Below are positions 1 through 12,072 of a DNA stretch of 64,000 bases, piece after piece. The DNA lies in contig NC_057728.1 in NCBI RefSeq assembly GCF_004010195.1, forward strand, positions 7,727,438 through 7,791,437. The letters are read 5' to 3'. The notes below the pieces were generated by a model, which made no database searches, had not been told where the DNA came from, and worked only from the letters and a program-made list of their open reading frames with translations. The DNA is from Chiloscyllium plagiosum. Lineage: Eukaryota. A program made the position numbers and the translations under genes. Position 1 is the first letter of the stretch. Each line of letters opens with the position of its first letter.

Positions 1-118
1 GCTGTCTTAACAAAAGTGGCAGTGCTCTACAAAGTGGCAAGTGGTTCAGAAAGAACACGCTTTACTCTGTCTCTAGTCATACTGTGCCTGACCTGGGGTT
101 GCTTGATACTTACACTGC

Positions 119-307
119 TGAAAATGTGTTGCTGGAAAAGCGCAGCAGGTCAGGCAGCATCCAAGGAGCAGGAGAATCGACGTTTCTCTTCTTCAGGACG
201 TAAACGTCGATTCTCCTGCTCCTTGGATGCTGCCTGACCTGCTGCGCTTTTCCAGCAACAGATTTTCAGCTCTGATCTCCAGCATCTGCAGTCCTCACTT
301 TCTCCTC
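119..307. mobile_element. Penelope-like (PLE) pLTR-derived hairpin insertion, family A, with 15-bp TSD
   Basis: Arms 117-185 and 202-270 are near-perfect reverse complements; tail ...agcatctgcagtcctcactttctcc; TGATACTTACACTGC is duplicated at 104-118 and 308-322. Confidence 0.85.
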
Positions 308-784
308 TGATACTTACACTGCCAACCTTAGTTATTGAATACAAACATTCTCCATACAACCATTGTGTAGTGAAAGAGATGAATCAAATAATTGAATCCA
401 GCAACAATTCCTCTGCTTGTTATTTTAGATGCCCTGTCAGGAAATAATCTGCTTTATCTTCATGGTTTTTGAAATCATGTTAAATGATTTTAATATAAAA
501 TGCTGAGACTAATCTGCCCTGATGCATTGCCATTATCTCTGTGTGATGCGCATTGAACGAGCAATCCAGTTCCATCTCCCTGCTTCTCAAATAAAGATTT
601 GCATTTGCATAAATGGCTTTGCCATGTGGCCCAAAGCTCTTTATAAATCAATGAAGTCGCTTTCAAGATTAGGCGCTGCTATAATATCGGAAACACAACA
701 GCATATTTAAATGCAGCATACTCCTGGAAAACGGCAACAATATCAGGGTAATGAAGATTTTTTTTAAAATTGATTCGAATTGAG

Positions 785-1016
785 AAATAATTGCAGGCAG
801 GTGCTCTGGGGAAATCTCTACATGTCTCATTCAGAATGGGATCTTTTCCGTGACCCTGAACTGCAAAATGGGCTTAATGTGTCATCCAAAAGCTACCAAT
901 GACAGTACAGCACTCCCTCAGAATTGTCCAGGAAATGCCAGCTCAGGTATTGTTGTGTTGCCCCCCAAGTGGGGCTTGAATCCTCGTAGCCTTCTGGTTC
1001 AGACGTGAGTGCTACC
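785..1016 (-). mobile_element. Decayed Deu-domain SINE (SacSINE1/AmnSINE1-like)
   Basis: Reverse complement of the Deu-like core (gacagtacagcactccctcag, gggatctttt) and a tRNA-like head (cttgaatcc...gagtgctacc). Confidence 0.55.
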
Positions 1017-1317
1017 TATTGGGCTGCAAGTGGCATTGCTGCTGTAGATCATTGCCCGCATTTACAAATGCACATTGCTGCTGCATGTGTTCAGAGGCAT
1101 GAGCACTTGGTTTACCTGATGTGTCCCTAAGCCATGAGACTTCCAGTTCCCATCCAGCAGTGTGTGCCAAGTTAACGGGATCTGGTGACACTCCTTCATG
1201 CCTTTGCAGGATCATTGGCCTGATTGCTTTTGTGAAGGTGGTGGCACGTTGCCACCTTAAACCACTGCAGTCCATGTGCTTTAGGGACAGCCGTAATGCC
1301 ACAACGGAGATAACTCC

Positions 1318-1737
1318 ATGATTCAGGAATACCCAGATTATCCAGGTTCCAGGACTGAGGCAGGCAAGTGGACATGGGAGCACAACTGTGTGATTCATAT
1401 CAAGATCACCTGTGATTTCAAGATGAGAAAAACCTCTCCATTCATAGTAAGGCACAGCTGCAAGGGCCATCAAACATTTTATGCATTATCTCCATTCAAG
1501 AAAGTGATTTTTACACAACTGCAGTTTTGCTTTCAACTCTTGATCCCTTTCTCCTACTCTGAAAGGATTCATTCCTTGCTGGGGTCGGCCTCCATCTTCT
1601 GCACCTGGCTGCGAATAACTGTGCCACCCAAGCCAAGGGGTGGTTGGCATATATGGACCCAACAGAATAACTGGGGACCTGGAAGTGGAGATCCCCTTTG
1701 GTTCTGTGCCCCCCACCCCACCACATTCCTGTGTTAA
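1318..1737 (+). pseudogene. Possible highly decayed PIF/Harbinger transposase fragment
   Basis: ORF contains IHIKITCDFKMR and LLGSASIFCTWLRITVPPKP, resembling HARBI1-family NVQLVCD and LLGDxGYPLxxWLMTP in the expected order; the catalytic Asp is lost. Confidence 0.35.
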
Positions 1738-2012
1738 TGCAAAATCGTGGTAACAAAGGATTTCTGTATTATGGTCAGTGTGTGGAAAGCTGAAAAGAGA
1801 ACAGTGCCCTTTGTAGTAACCTGAATGGGACTGTTTGAAGATTTTTCTTTTGTTTGTCTGAGGAACAGAACTAATCCTGTGCAAGATGTGAACAGAATTT
1901 CTGTGAAGTCAGTCCAATCTCTGACTGGAAATCTGGAGACGTTCTAATGATTCTGTCTATCGGTCTGTGAGAGATCACCTACACTGCTAAGATGGGACAC
2001 ATATTTCATTTA

Positions 2013-2231
2013 CAGACTGTTTTGCTATAATGCATGTTTCATTAATGCAAATTCTCTGTAATGCGATTTACAAATTCAGGATACTGTTTCCAAAGCGCAA
2101 ACTTTTAAAGTGTGTATTGGTTACAATGCAATTCTGGCCCCATTAGTTTAAATGATGCTGCTATTGCGTGATTTTCTTATAACACAGGATTGCATGAGAA
2201 TGGAACTACCACGTTGTAGCAGAACCCATTG
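2013..2231. mobile_element. Tc1/mariner (Tigger/pogo-like) MITE
   Basis: Imperfect TIRs ta-cagactgttttgctataatgc / cgttgtagcagaacccattg; 5' TA flank; no ORF. Confidence 0.55.
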
Positions 2232-3551
2232 TCTTCTGCATGTTCTCCGGATGGGCCATACTTGTTACAGCCAATAGAAAACTGATGAAATATAGTCACA
2301 ATTTCTTAAATCAAGATTAATTGTGGTTTCTCTTTTTCTTTGACCATTTGTCTTTATTAGTGTTCATGATTAGAATGCATCCTCACCATCAAGGAATGAG
2401 GCAAATTGTCAAATAGGCATCTTGCCCTGAACAAAAATTGTCACCAAAGTTGTTGCTATTTTGCTCTTGTAGTGCAGTGTACTGTGTGCAATGTAACGAC
2501 TAGCTGGTAATCATTGACTTGTTCTTACTCTGTGAATGTGGTAAGGGCTTCCATTGCCCTTTCTTCTGCACATTGCTGAATGGGAAATGTCCTACGTGGC
2601 TTGAAACTCTGCGGCAATTCCTGCGGATTTCTACACTGCCCGCATATATTGTGACTCGCAGCCCACGTCTGCTTCAAACGCCCTCGGGCGAAGATTTCCT
2701 TCTTGTGTTATACGTCGCAAAATTGTAAACCTAATTATGGAACATCATGTTCATGGTCTCAGTACACGTCGAAGACAGAACAAATCTTCCTCCTTCCCCT
2801 GGGGGCCATGAAAAAATGATGGGCTGTGAGGGGATCTGAATAATAACAAATCGTTTGCAGCAGCAAATTATTAGCTCTGCCACTGTGTTTAAAACCAATG
2901 AGCCAGAGGCACCTTTCGATTCCTCTTTTGACTGGATGCTGAGATGTAAATTTGATCACGAGATGTTTGTGGTTTGGAGAAACCTTCAAACTCATCCAGA
3001 AAGACAGGAGCATTGCTGCATTTCTCCCCCCAACCACTCTATTGTCCAATTATTTATTACAAGACTCTGGAGTATTTGCTTCACTGCTTTTGTTAAAATG
3101 CCTGTTCCAAGAATATGACTACTGTGTGTGAATGCTGTCTTGCCATCGATCATAAACTTGCAGATTAATAGCTTTGAAGTCTCCAAAGTTAAGTCCTTCT
3201 CTCACTTGTTAATTGGAAGTAACAGTCCATATTTTCCATCCGTCATTTCCATCACTACAGTTCCCTTCTCACTTCCCTCGCTATGTATACCCACTTGCCA
3301 GGAGAAACCCAAATATCTCTACCTTTCTTCATAGCTTAGTTCACTTGTCTGCCTCTGCACTTTGCCAGTACACTTCCCTTGTGTCTGGGCACCCACTCTT
3401 TAATACTGTGATTGATGTGCCATCAGACCAGAGGACTTTGACTTCCCAGTTCTTTTTTATTTACTCTTTTGGTTGTGCGCTTTATAATTCTGTTGTTAGT
3501 TGCAGCTTTGTGTTTGTTGGATGTGTTGCACATGGAAATATAAAAAGACAA

Positions 3552-4157
3552 CAGAGTACAGGAGTTGGGAGGTCAGGTTGCGGCTGTACAGGACATTGGT
3601 TATGCCACTGTTGGAATATTGCGTGCGATTCTGGTCTCCTTCCTATCGGAAAGAAGTTGTGAAACTTGAAAGGGTTCAGAAAAGATTTACAAGGATGTTG
3701 CCAAGGTTGGAGGATTTGAGGTATAGGGAGAGGCTGCACAGGCTGGGGCTGTTTTCCCTGGAGCGTAGGAGGCTGAGGGGTTGAGAGGTTTACAAAATTA
3801 TGAGGGCATTGGTAGGGTAAATAGGCAAAGTCTTTTCCCTGGGGTCGGGGAGTCCAGAGCTAGAGGGCATAGGTTTAGGGTGAGAGGGGAAAGATATAAA
3901 AGAGACCTAAGGGGCAACTTTTTCACACACGGTGGTATGTGTATGGAATGAGCTGCCAGAGGAAGTGGTGGAGGCTGGTACAATTGCATCATTTAAGAGG
4001 CATTTGGATGGGTATATGAATAGGAAGGGTTTTGAGGGATATGGGCCGGTAGCTGGCAGGTGGGACTAGATTGGGTTAGGATATCTGGTCAGCATGGACA
4101 GGTCTGTACAACTCTATGACTCTATACCTACCATGCTGTACATCTCTATGACTCTAT
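3552..4157 (+). mobile_element. 5'-truncated CR1 (HER1-like) LINE, ORF2 C-terminus and 3' tail
   Basis: Translation LYRTLVMPLLEYCVRFWSP...LERVQKRFTRMLP...LGLFSLERRRLRG; tail repeat ctctatgactctat, present twice. Confidence 0.92.
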
Positions 4158-4283
4158 ACCAAAAGCTTTCTTCATGATCCTATCTACCTACAACTCCACT
4201 TTCAAGGAACTAAGAGACCTTGGAGTGCAGGTTCATTGTTCAGCAACACTCCCTAGGACCTTACCATTAAGTATATAAGTCCT
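4158..4283 (-). mobile_element. CR1 ORF2 fragment in reverse orientation containing a micro-inversion
   Basis: Homologous to CR1 sequence at 52095-52215 on the opposite strand, except 4213-4235, which reads in + orientation. Confidence 0.7.
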
Positions 4284-5429
4284 CAGTTGCACTGGACAAA
4301 CTGAAATAAATTGGTCAACATGGAAGAGTTGGACTAAAAGGTATGTTTCCATCCTGTATGAGTCAATAATTATATGACTTCATGAATTAACTTCCATTTT
4401 ACTCACCCATTTACTTTTGAGTACTGATGATTATACTCTGCACAGAGGATTGAGCGGTTGCCTCAGTTTGGGGAAAAAAATGTTTCTCTCTATTTACCAC
4501 TCCTTCAATCCTCCAACCTCTGAATTTCATTGCAAGTCAGTCACAAATTATTGGACCATTTTGCAATTTTGATTCCTGCGTAGAGACTGTACAAATTCCT
4601 TTCATGTTAGATCATTCTAGCCTTCAGTCCGGGTGGGTTGGAGTCCAGGCTGCAGACACAAAAGGGAAAACAATCCTTATTTTGTAACTTTCATGGTCTC
4701 TGATGTCTTTTTGGAGTGTTGGACATTTATGTACAGCAAGATCCCATTTAAAAGAAATGCGATAATGAGCCAATAATCTTGTTTTTAAATTCAATGTTGG
4801 TCAGGGAGTTGGTGGGTGTGGCTTCCCAGTGGAACCCCTAAACCTCCCCAGCTCTGAAATGAAATGTCGGTGCCCAACCCTCTGTGTCTCACAGTTGTCC
4901 CAGATATTGGGAGCAAAGTTATGGAAGTTATCCAATAAAGTTAGTCAAGTAGATTCAGAAAAGTTGCAAGTTGGCAACAGCTGTACATATCATTTCTGTT
5001 GTTCATTTTCAGAGATAAAATGTCCACTTTTCACAGTGGTGGTGTTGAAGATAACTACAGGTTAAAGACTGAACCATAAACTGGAGAGCTCTCACTCCAA
5101 GCTCATTAAAACTTGTATAATTGAGCTGAACTGATTGGGGAACCCTTCTTCCCTTTGCCTTTGTGTTTAAAGGAAGAATAATTCCTTGTTCTTCCCAAGA
5201 CCATTCTGCCTCATTGAAGAGCGGAGCAAGTGTAACAAGCAGTGGGACTCGAATAGGAACTCCATACACACAAAATAACAATTGCACTGTGTCCCGATTA
5301 CAGCAACTATATCAGAACAATCAGAGTGAAGAATGACAGCAAGCCTCAGTTGAATACGTGTCCCGATGTGAGCTGCTCCTTTTTATTTGCCATAATCTTG
5401 AACTCCCCAGGAACCCGTTGGCAGAAAAA

Positions 5430-5790
5430 GAACACCAGTGATTTGCATTTCCATGGTGCCTTTAACAAAAGTCATCCCGAAGCACTTCACAGTTATCACC
5501 AATGCATAAAGACCAAGGCAGAGAGCAAGACATATCAGGAGAGGTGGCAAAAGCTTGGCCAAGCAGCAATATTTTCAGGAGGAAAGGGCATTGGAGAGGC
5601 AGCAAGGGCATGGTTCCCTGAAGGCATGGCCACCAATGGTGAGTGGAAGTGGATGGAGGATAAAGAGGCCAGTCAGAAGAATGGGGGAGTTTGGAGGGTT
5701 TTCTTGTAAGGATGGAGGAGATCACCGAATTGGCGAGAGGTTGGTGCTATGAAGGGATTTAAACACAAGGTTAAGAATTTTAAAATTGGG
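5430..5790 (-). mobile_element. Old L2-like LINE 3' fragment
   Basis: Begins with a reverse-complement tail (atttgcatttccatggtgcctttaac); similar to decayed copies at about 8065-8190, 8600-8860 and 24610-24990. Confidence 0.4.
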
Positions 5791-6254
5791 GGAGCTGGAA
5801 ATTGGCGCAGATCTTTTGAGAGGTGGGTGTGATGAGCAAGCTAGCTGAATGGAAAATGGAAGGTAACCAGGTCAGCAGTGTTGACGTGACAGAGGCAGCA
5901 ATCAACGTTGGATGGGTCAAAAACGCAGAGGTATTTAAGCTGTGGTAACTTTGAAGAGCTCCCTCCTTTGTTCTTGTCTAATGTCCCATCACAGAAACAG
6001 TGTGACTGTCATTCAGTTGGGAATTACTGTGTCACTGAGATCCTACAATCATTGGGAGATGTAAAGATTGGTTTGTGTAGCTGGAAAAGCCCCTATTGAA
6101 ATAATTTCAAGGAGTCACTAACATACTCATTTGGATATTTCTTTTTCAAGGGAAGGAGCTATCCCCTTGCAGAATGGATACAGGATTAACAATGATGTGA
6201 TACATCAGCTGTTGGCATCTGTTAGGAACTGTCCTGCATTAGCCACCATATGTA

Positions 6255-6428
6255 CAGAGGAACCTTGATTATCCAGCATTTGATTATCCAAATAACCGAT
6301 AATCTGGCAAAATCGCAAGGTCCCGATGCTCAGCTAAACTATGTTATCTGGTATTTGATTATCCAGAATTCAATTAATGGACTGAAATACTTCCAGCTCA
6401 TGTCTTTCGGATAATCAAGGTTCCCCTG
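6255..6428. mobile_element. Tc1/mariner-type MITE
   Basis: TIRs CAGAGGAACCTTGATTATCC / GGATAATCAAGGTTCCCCTG; TA at the 5' flank; internal tgattatcc sub-repeats. Confidence 0.75.
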
Positions 6429-6454
6429 TGTATGCTTAGTGATGGTTTATTGGT

Positions 6455-6817
6455 CATTCAGGGGATTTGGGAGTTGGTGGTTCGACCAGCATTTACTGTC
6501 CATCCCTAGTTACCCAGAGGGCAGTTAAAAGTCAACCATATAGCTATGGGTCTAGAGTCACATGTAGGCCAGACCAGGTAAGTATGGCAGTTTCCTTCCC
6601 TAAAGGGCATTGGTGAACCAGATGGGTTTTTTCATGTCAATCAACCATGGTTTAATGCCACCATTACACACTCAACTCCAGGTCTATTTTGTTTTTAAAA
6701 AATGTAATTCACATTCTACTATCTGCCATCATGGGGTTGGAGCCCGGGTCCCTAGAGCATTAGCTGAGTTTCTGGATTAATCGTCCAGTGATTAAAACCA
6801 CTGGGCCATCGCGTCCC
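6455..6817 (-). mobile_element. tRNA-derived SINE, family 2 (ccatctggttcactaatgtccttt core)
   Basis: Reverse complement of the + copy at 59836-60168. Confidence 0.8.
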
Positions 6818-7722
6818 TTGGGTTATTGTAGGATTCCGCTTCCTATTAGAACTGTAGGTCTTCCTATATCCCAAGGACTGAAGTGGTTCAAAACAGCACC
6901 TTCTCTCGGGGCAATTAGGTATGGACATGAAGTGTTGGTCTAGCTAGTGATGGCTACGTTCGATGAACAATTTAAAACTGTTTACCAGGTGGAAATGTAA
7001 TGTAATGAGATAAATGCATTGTGTGTGATCAAGTTGGGAGAGTAATGAATTACTTCAATCCTGCCTGAAGCATACCACTGAGGCCTATTAAGTCAGTGGT
7101 CAAAGCCACGATTCTATCCTGCTTAATATTAGCTGTTCAGTCTAGCCGAACTATATGGTCAAATGTTGAACAAATCAAGTTGATGCTGTTGTCCTTCAGA
7201 CTTCCCCAATGTCATTGGGATTGTGTCTGAAGAACTAAATTTTTTGGGGGGTCAGCTGAGGAGGTTTGGCACCTCTCACTGTCACAAAGAGCTTCAAGCT
7301 ATGCAAGTACCTTTGAGTTATAGTTCCTTTTCAAAATTATGAAATAATTTCATTACTGCCAAGTCCCAACCAGAATTGAGAAAACTGACCAAATCATTTA
7401 TTCCTGATTTATGTTTATTGAGAGATAAATGTTGATCAGGACACTGGGGAGAATCCCCATCACCTTCAAATATGACTCATCTTTCATCTCTAATTGAATA
7501 GGTGGACTGAGGCTTTAATGTCTCACTTTTTCAATCTATCTTTTGTCTGAATTTTGCAATCTAAATTGCACTATAATCAACCTTTTGAGCTGCAAGCAGG
7601 TGGTTTTTTAAAATCCATTATTTTAACATTCTGAAGTCATGTAAAAATGTTTTCCTCTCTTAAAATGGAGCATTTGACAGCAATACTATATTGGTTTAGT
7701 ATTTATCACTTAACAACATAAA

Positions 7723-8061
7723 ATCATAGAATCTCTGCAGTGTGGAAACAGGCCATTTGGCCCAAATGTCACACTGACCCTCCAAAGAGTAACCCACCCA
7801 GACCCATTCCCCTACTCTATTACTCAACTTTTGCCTGTAACTAATGTACCTAAGCTACACATCCCTGAACACTATGAACAATTTATCATGGTCAATTTGC
7901 CTGACCTGCACATCTTTGGATTGAGGAAGGAAACCGGAGGAAACCCACACAGATGCGGGAAGAATGCTCAAACTCCACACAGACAGTCGCCCGAGGGTGG
8001 AATCAATCCTGCGTCCCTGGTGCTGTGAGGCAGCAATGCTAACCACTGTGAGCCACCATGC
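7723..8061 (-). mobile_element. HE1-like V-SINE
   Basis: tRNA-like head (A/B boxes), V-domain (gtctgtgtggagtttg...ttctcc) and CR1-like tail; matches 35117-35464. Confidence 0.88.
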
Positions 8062-8207
8062 GATAACTTGCATTTATAGAGCATTTAAGGGCAAATGTCA
8101 AATTGCTTCAGAGACCAGTTACTAAACAAAATTAATACTGACCCATAAAATGAATTATTAAGGCAGATGCCCAAAATGCTGGTCAAAGGTAGGTTGTAGA
8201 GAGCCCT

Positions 8208-8607
8208 GAGGATCGGTTAGCTCAATTGGCTGAGCAGCTGGTTTGAGATTCAAACAGGATGGGTCCAATTCCCACATTGTCTGAGTTTACCATGAAGGAC
8301 TGTCCTTCTTGATCTCTCCCCTCTCTTCAGGTGTGGTGAGATGGAAATGTGTTGCTGGAGAAGCGCAGCAGGTCAGGCAGCATCTAGGGAACAGGAGAAT
8401 CGACGTTTCGGGCATTAGCCCTTCTTCGATTCTCCTGTTCCCTAGATGCTGCCTGACCTGCTGCGCTTCTCCAGCAACACATTTCCATCTCTGATCTCCA
8501 GCATCTGCAGACCTCATTTTCTCTTCAGGTGTGGTGACCCCAGTCATAACTCTCTAATGATAGAGAGTCCCGAATAGTATTGTAAGGGTATGGCAACGTT
8601 ACCTTTA
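8208..8607 (+). mobile_element. tRNA-derived SINE, family 3, interrupted by a PLE hairpin
   Basis: Head ggttagctcaattggctg...gggtccaattccc; 3' end ctctaatg...atggcaacgttaccttta shared with 63530-63601. Confidence 0.6.
8340..8519. mobile_element. PLE pLTR-derived hairpin insertion, family A, with TSD of up to 18 bp
   Basis: Perfect inverted arms of about 65 bp; TCTCTTCAGGTGTGGTGA at 8322-8339 and 8520-8537 (part may overlap the element end). Confidence 0.88.
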
Positions 8608-10062
8608 TAGCGAGTGTCTCACAGGAGGATGGAGAGGTGTAGGGCAGAAGCTTCAATGCTTGAGGCTTAGGCAATCAAAACCATGACCACCAAAGATGGT
8701 GAGATTGAAGCTGAGGGTTTGCAAGGGATCAGAATCAAGTGAGCGCAGAGATTAGCGAGGGACATAGACTCAGACTGGGGGAAATTATTGAGATTGGGAG
8801 GGACCAGGCAATGATGAGAATCCAGGGCATGAATGTTCAAATGGTTAATTAAGAATTTTTCACTACTTTTTAAAATCTGCATGTTCAGTTTTAGCCATAG
8901 AAGTGACAGTGAAAGAACTGGTTTGTTGTGAAAACTGAATAGGTTCACAATTTTTTTTTAAAGGAAGCAAACTTAACATCCTTACCTGGTTTTGTGACAA
9001 CAATGTGCTGACATCAAAGTGAACCCTGAGCCAAGTATTCATTGCAGGCTCCACTGAAGGCTGTTTACAATATCGTAATATAGATTTGAATGTGCTACAA
9101 AAACTGCACTCCAATTCAGTTAAGATCAACTACTCCCTAACTAGGAAGAACAATTTGTATCAACTGCCTGACAGCTAATTCTAGTTTTGTGAAGCAGCCC
9201 CGAACCTTTTCAAGTTAATTTATTTCAGAAGAAAAGAGTGAGAAAAATAAGAGTGAAATCAGGCATGGGTGCAAAAGGAAGCATTGCTATTTGATCCTGA
9301 ATGATAAAATGAAACAGGAGATTGTGTCAACTCTCATAACTGATGAAGAGGATCCCCGTCAGACACCAGAAATTTGACTGTGTTCTACAGTGATTGCTTT
9401 TTCCAGCTGATCCCTCTCTTAAAGCGGCCGAGATGTAATGAGATAATTGACACAAAGACACACAGCTCAGAAGTAACCGAGGACTGCTTGATTGGTCGGA
9501 AATTCCTCCTGATAAATTTGATTTACTTACAAGCTGAAATTAATGTTAAACTATGGTGACACCTACATAATATTGCTGATGAGACCCAGCTTTCTGCCTG
9601 ATCGTGCTTTTTCTCCCTACACAATGACAAGGGATAGATTGAAGTGGCGATATGAATTATGAAGAACATCAGTGATTTCATTCTATGCTGCTTCAGAATG
9701 CCAGTGCCTATTGAATCTATGGAAAGTTGTTTAACTACAACAAATGCCTGAATTATATAATGTGAATAGAGAATAGTACACTAGAATCCACTCGTTATAG
9801 GGAATGAGGAAAATGAGACTTCTAACAGTGATTAGAATTCCACAATAGAGTTTGAATTTGATTTATTGTCATCACCTGTGATGAGATAGTGAAAAGTGTT
9901 GCGTTACGTGCAATACAGGCAGATTATACCCTGCAAAGTGCATCAAGGTAGCAGCAAGGCCTTGTAAATCCTGGACTTAATGCAGAAGACAGGTAGCTAG
10001 CTGGTCTACTATTGTAACAGGATGTTGATTTGAAGTTTGGAAAAGCAGTATTGTACATTTGT

Positions 10063-10395
10063 TAATCATTCACTCACAGGATGTGGGCGTCACTGGCTAA
10101 GCCAAGATTTATTGACTGCCCCAAATTGCCCAGATGGCATTCAGAGTCAACTATGGGTCTGGAGTCACATACAGTCTAGACCAGATAAGTTTCCTTCCCT
10201 AAAGGATGTTTGTGAACCAGATAGGGTTTATTTTTTCTCTTGGCAATCATGTCATGATCATCGTTAGACTCTTAATTCTAAATTTTTTTTGTTGCATTCA
10301 AATTCCATCACTGGAATTGAACCCAGGTTCCCAGTACATTACCTGGACCTCTGGATTAATAGTTTAGTGATGATATCTTGAGGCCATTGCCTCCC
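10063..10395 (-). mobile_element. tRNA-derived SINE, family 2
   Basis: Same blocks as 6455-6817. Confidence 0.75.
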
Positions 10396-11836
10396 GTCTG
10401 GCAGAAGTTCTCATTCGAAGCAGCTAGAAAATCCGATGTTTGGAGAGGATTAGTAAATTTGGAAGAGAGTTGCTTCCTGTTAGTTCTGCCAGCTACAGAT
10501 TGGAGAAACTTTAGCAGAGGGAGATGAAGGCAGTATCTGACTCTGGTTCATGTTGAGTTACAGTTGATAATGACAGAGACAGTTGAATGTGGAAGCAAAG
10601 TTTTGAGTTTTAAAAATGTTAGATAAATTGAATTCAAGTCTCTCTGGGTGGCTGATACAAGGGAATTTGGTTAAGTTAAATATACCATCATACAAAGTAA
10701 TAATGGTTCACCAAACAGGCATTTCTGTCCGTGATGGAGTTCAGGTCCAGCTGATAAATCAGTTTAGCATTTCTCCTCTTTGAGAACGGATCTGAATTTA
10801 TTTTTTGGCACAGACCTATTTTACTGCAAGCATTCATTGCCTGCCAGATTTCATAACATCTCTGGGTGACACAATTGCGCAGTACTTTCTAATCTTACAA
10901 AAAAAAGTGAGACTAAAGTTCAGCAACCTCCTGGGGAGCCCGAAAGAGCAGCAAAGCTCCGAAATCTGAGAACCTCGCCACAATTGACTGGAAAAACTGT
11001 GTGAAAGGAGGGAGACAAAAAGACAAGTTAATAAGCCAAGTGAAGGCCTTTAAAGGACTGAAACTCCCCTCCCACCTGATCTGTCAAACGTAGAAACAAA
11101 ACAAGGCTGAGCTAAAGAGGGAGCAAACATAATGGGTAACGACAATGTGGAGGGGAGGTGGGGATAATGCTGAAAGGTTTATCGCAAGGAAGACCAATGG
11201 ACTGGAAATCAGGTGAATGGAATTCAATACAAGCAGCAAGGCATTATTGTAGACTGGCCAAAAATATAATGTTTTTTTTTAAAGAATGGTAAGTTTTGAC
11301 GGAAAAGGAAAATTAAAAAGATAAAATCTGATTCGGTACAGAGCCCCAGATGTATTTTGGTGCAGTTTTATACATGGCTGAAGAAATGGAATGGAAAATT
11401 CCACATGCTGCAAGGCCTGACCACACAGGTCACATGGGGCAGAACTTCCCCAGCGGCTAAATGCCATTGGCTCTGCTGAGAAAGTTGGGAAATTCTGGAG
11501 AGATCTCCAGTGAGGAGTTTTTTGGTGTTAAGACCAGAAGTCTCACCTTCCGTCTTGTTGAACGATGAGATTCTCGCCAGTGAGCAGTGCGAGGCCTATT
11601 ATCATGTATTAACTTCTCGTTACAACTTAATTCCACTCATTAGCGTGTAGTTTGTAATTCACCTACCCACTGGATAGAAACCGGGTGCTAAGAAATCCCA
11701 ACGTGCAAGTCTGAGCAGGAACCTGGCAAGTCCAGTTCTCTGCTTGCTCTTCCAGACCTCCATTTTGAACACCTAGCACTAACATCTCAAGGCACACTCC
11801 CTGGGCAGCAACCGCGCACACACTTCCATCTTTAGG

Positions 11837-12072
11837 CATGATATGGAGGTGTTGGTGTTGGACTGGGGTGGACAAAGATAAAAAAAATCTAACACCACCA
11901 AGTTATAGTCCAACAGGTTTATTTAGAAGTACTAGCTTTCGGAGCACTGGTTCCTTGTCAGGTAACTAGTGCCCCAGTAGCTACCTAATGAAGGAGGAGT
12001 GCTCCGAAAGCTTGTATTTCCAAATAAACCTGTTTGACTACAACCTGGTGTCGCGAGATTTTTAACTTTGTC
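11837..12072. mobile_element. PLE pLTR-derived hairpin, family B
   Basis: Arms about 11871-11969 and 11978-12072 are imperfect reverse complements; each carries a decayed hammerhead motif with an AGCT helix III. Confidence 0.8.

Noticed and set aside
16-359. Recurring CCWKSAAGQAASKEQENRR ORFs as a gene family
   Set aside because: Translations of the non-coding PLE pLTR hairpin, repeated wherever it inserts.
9349-9380. CTGATGA...GAAA possible hammerhead
   Set aside because: No helix II pairing and no palindromic helix III; the CTGATGA near 9576 also lacks GAAA.
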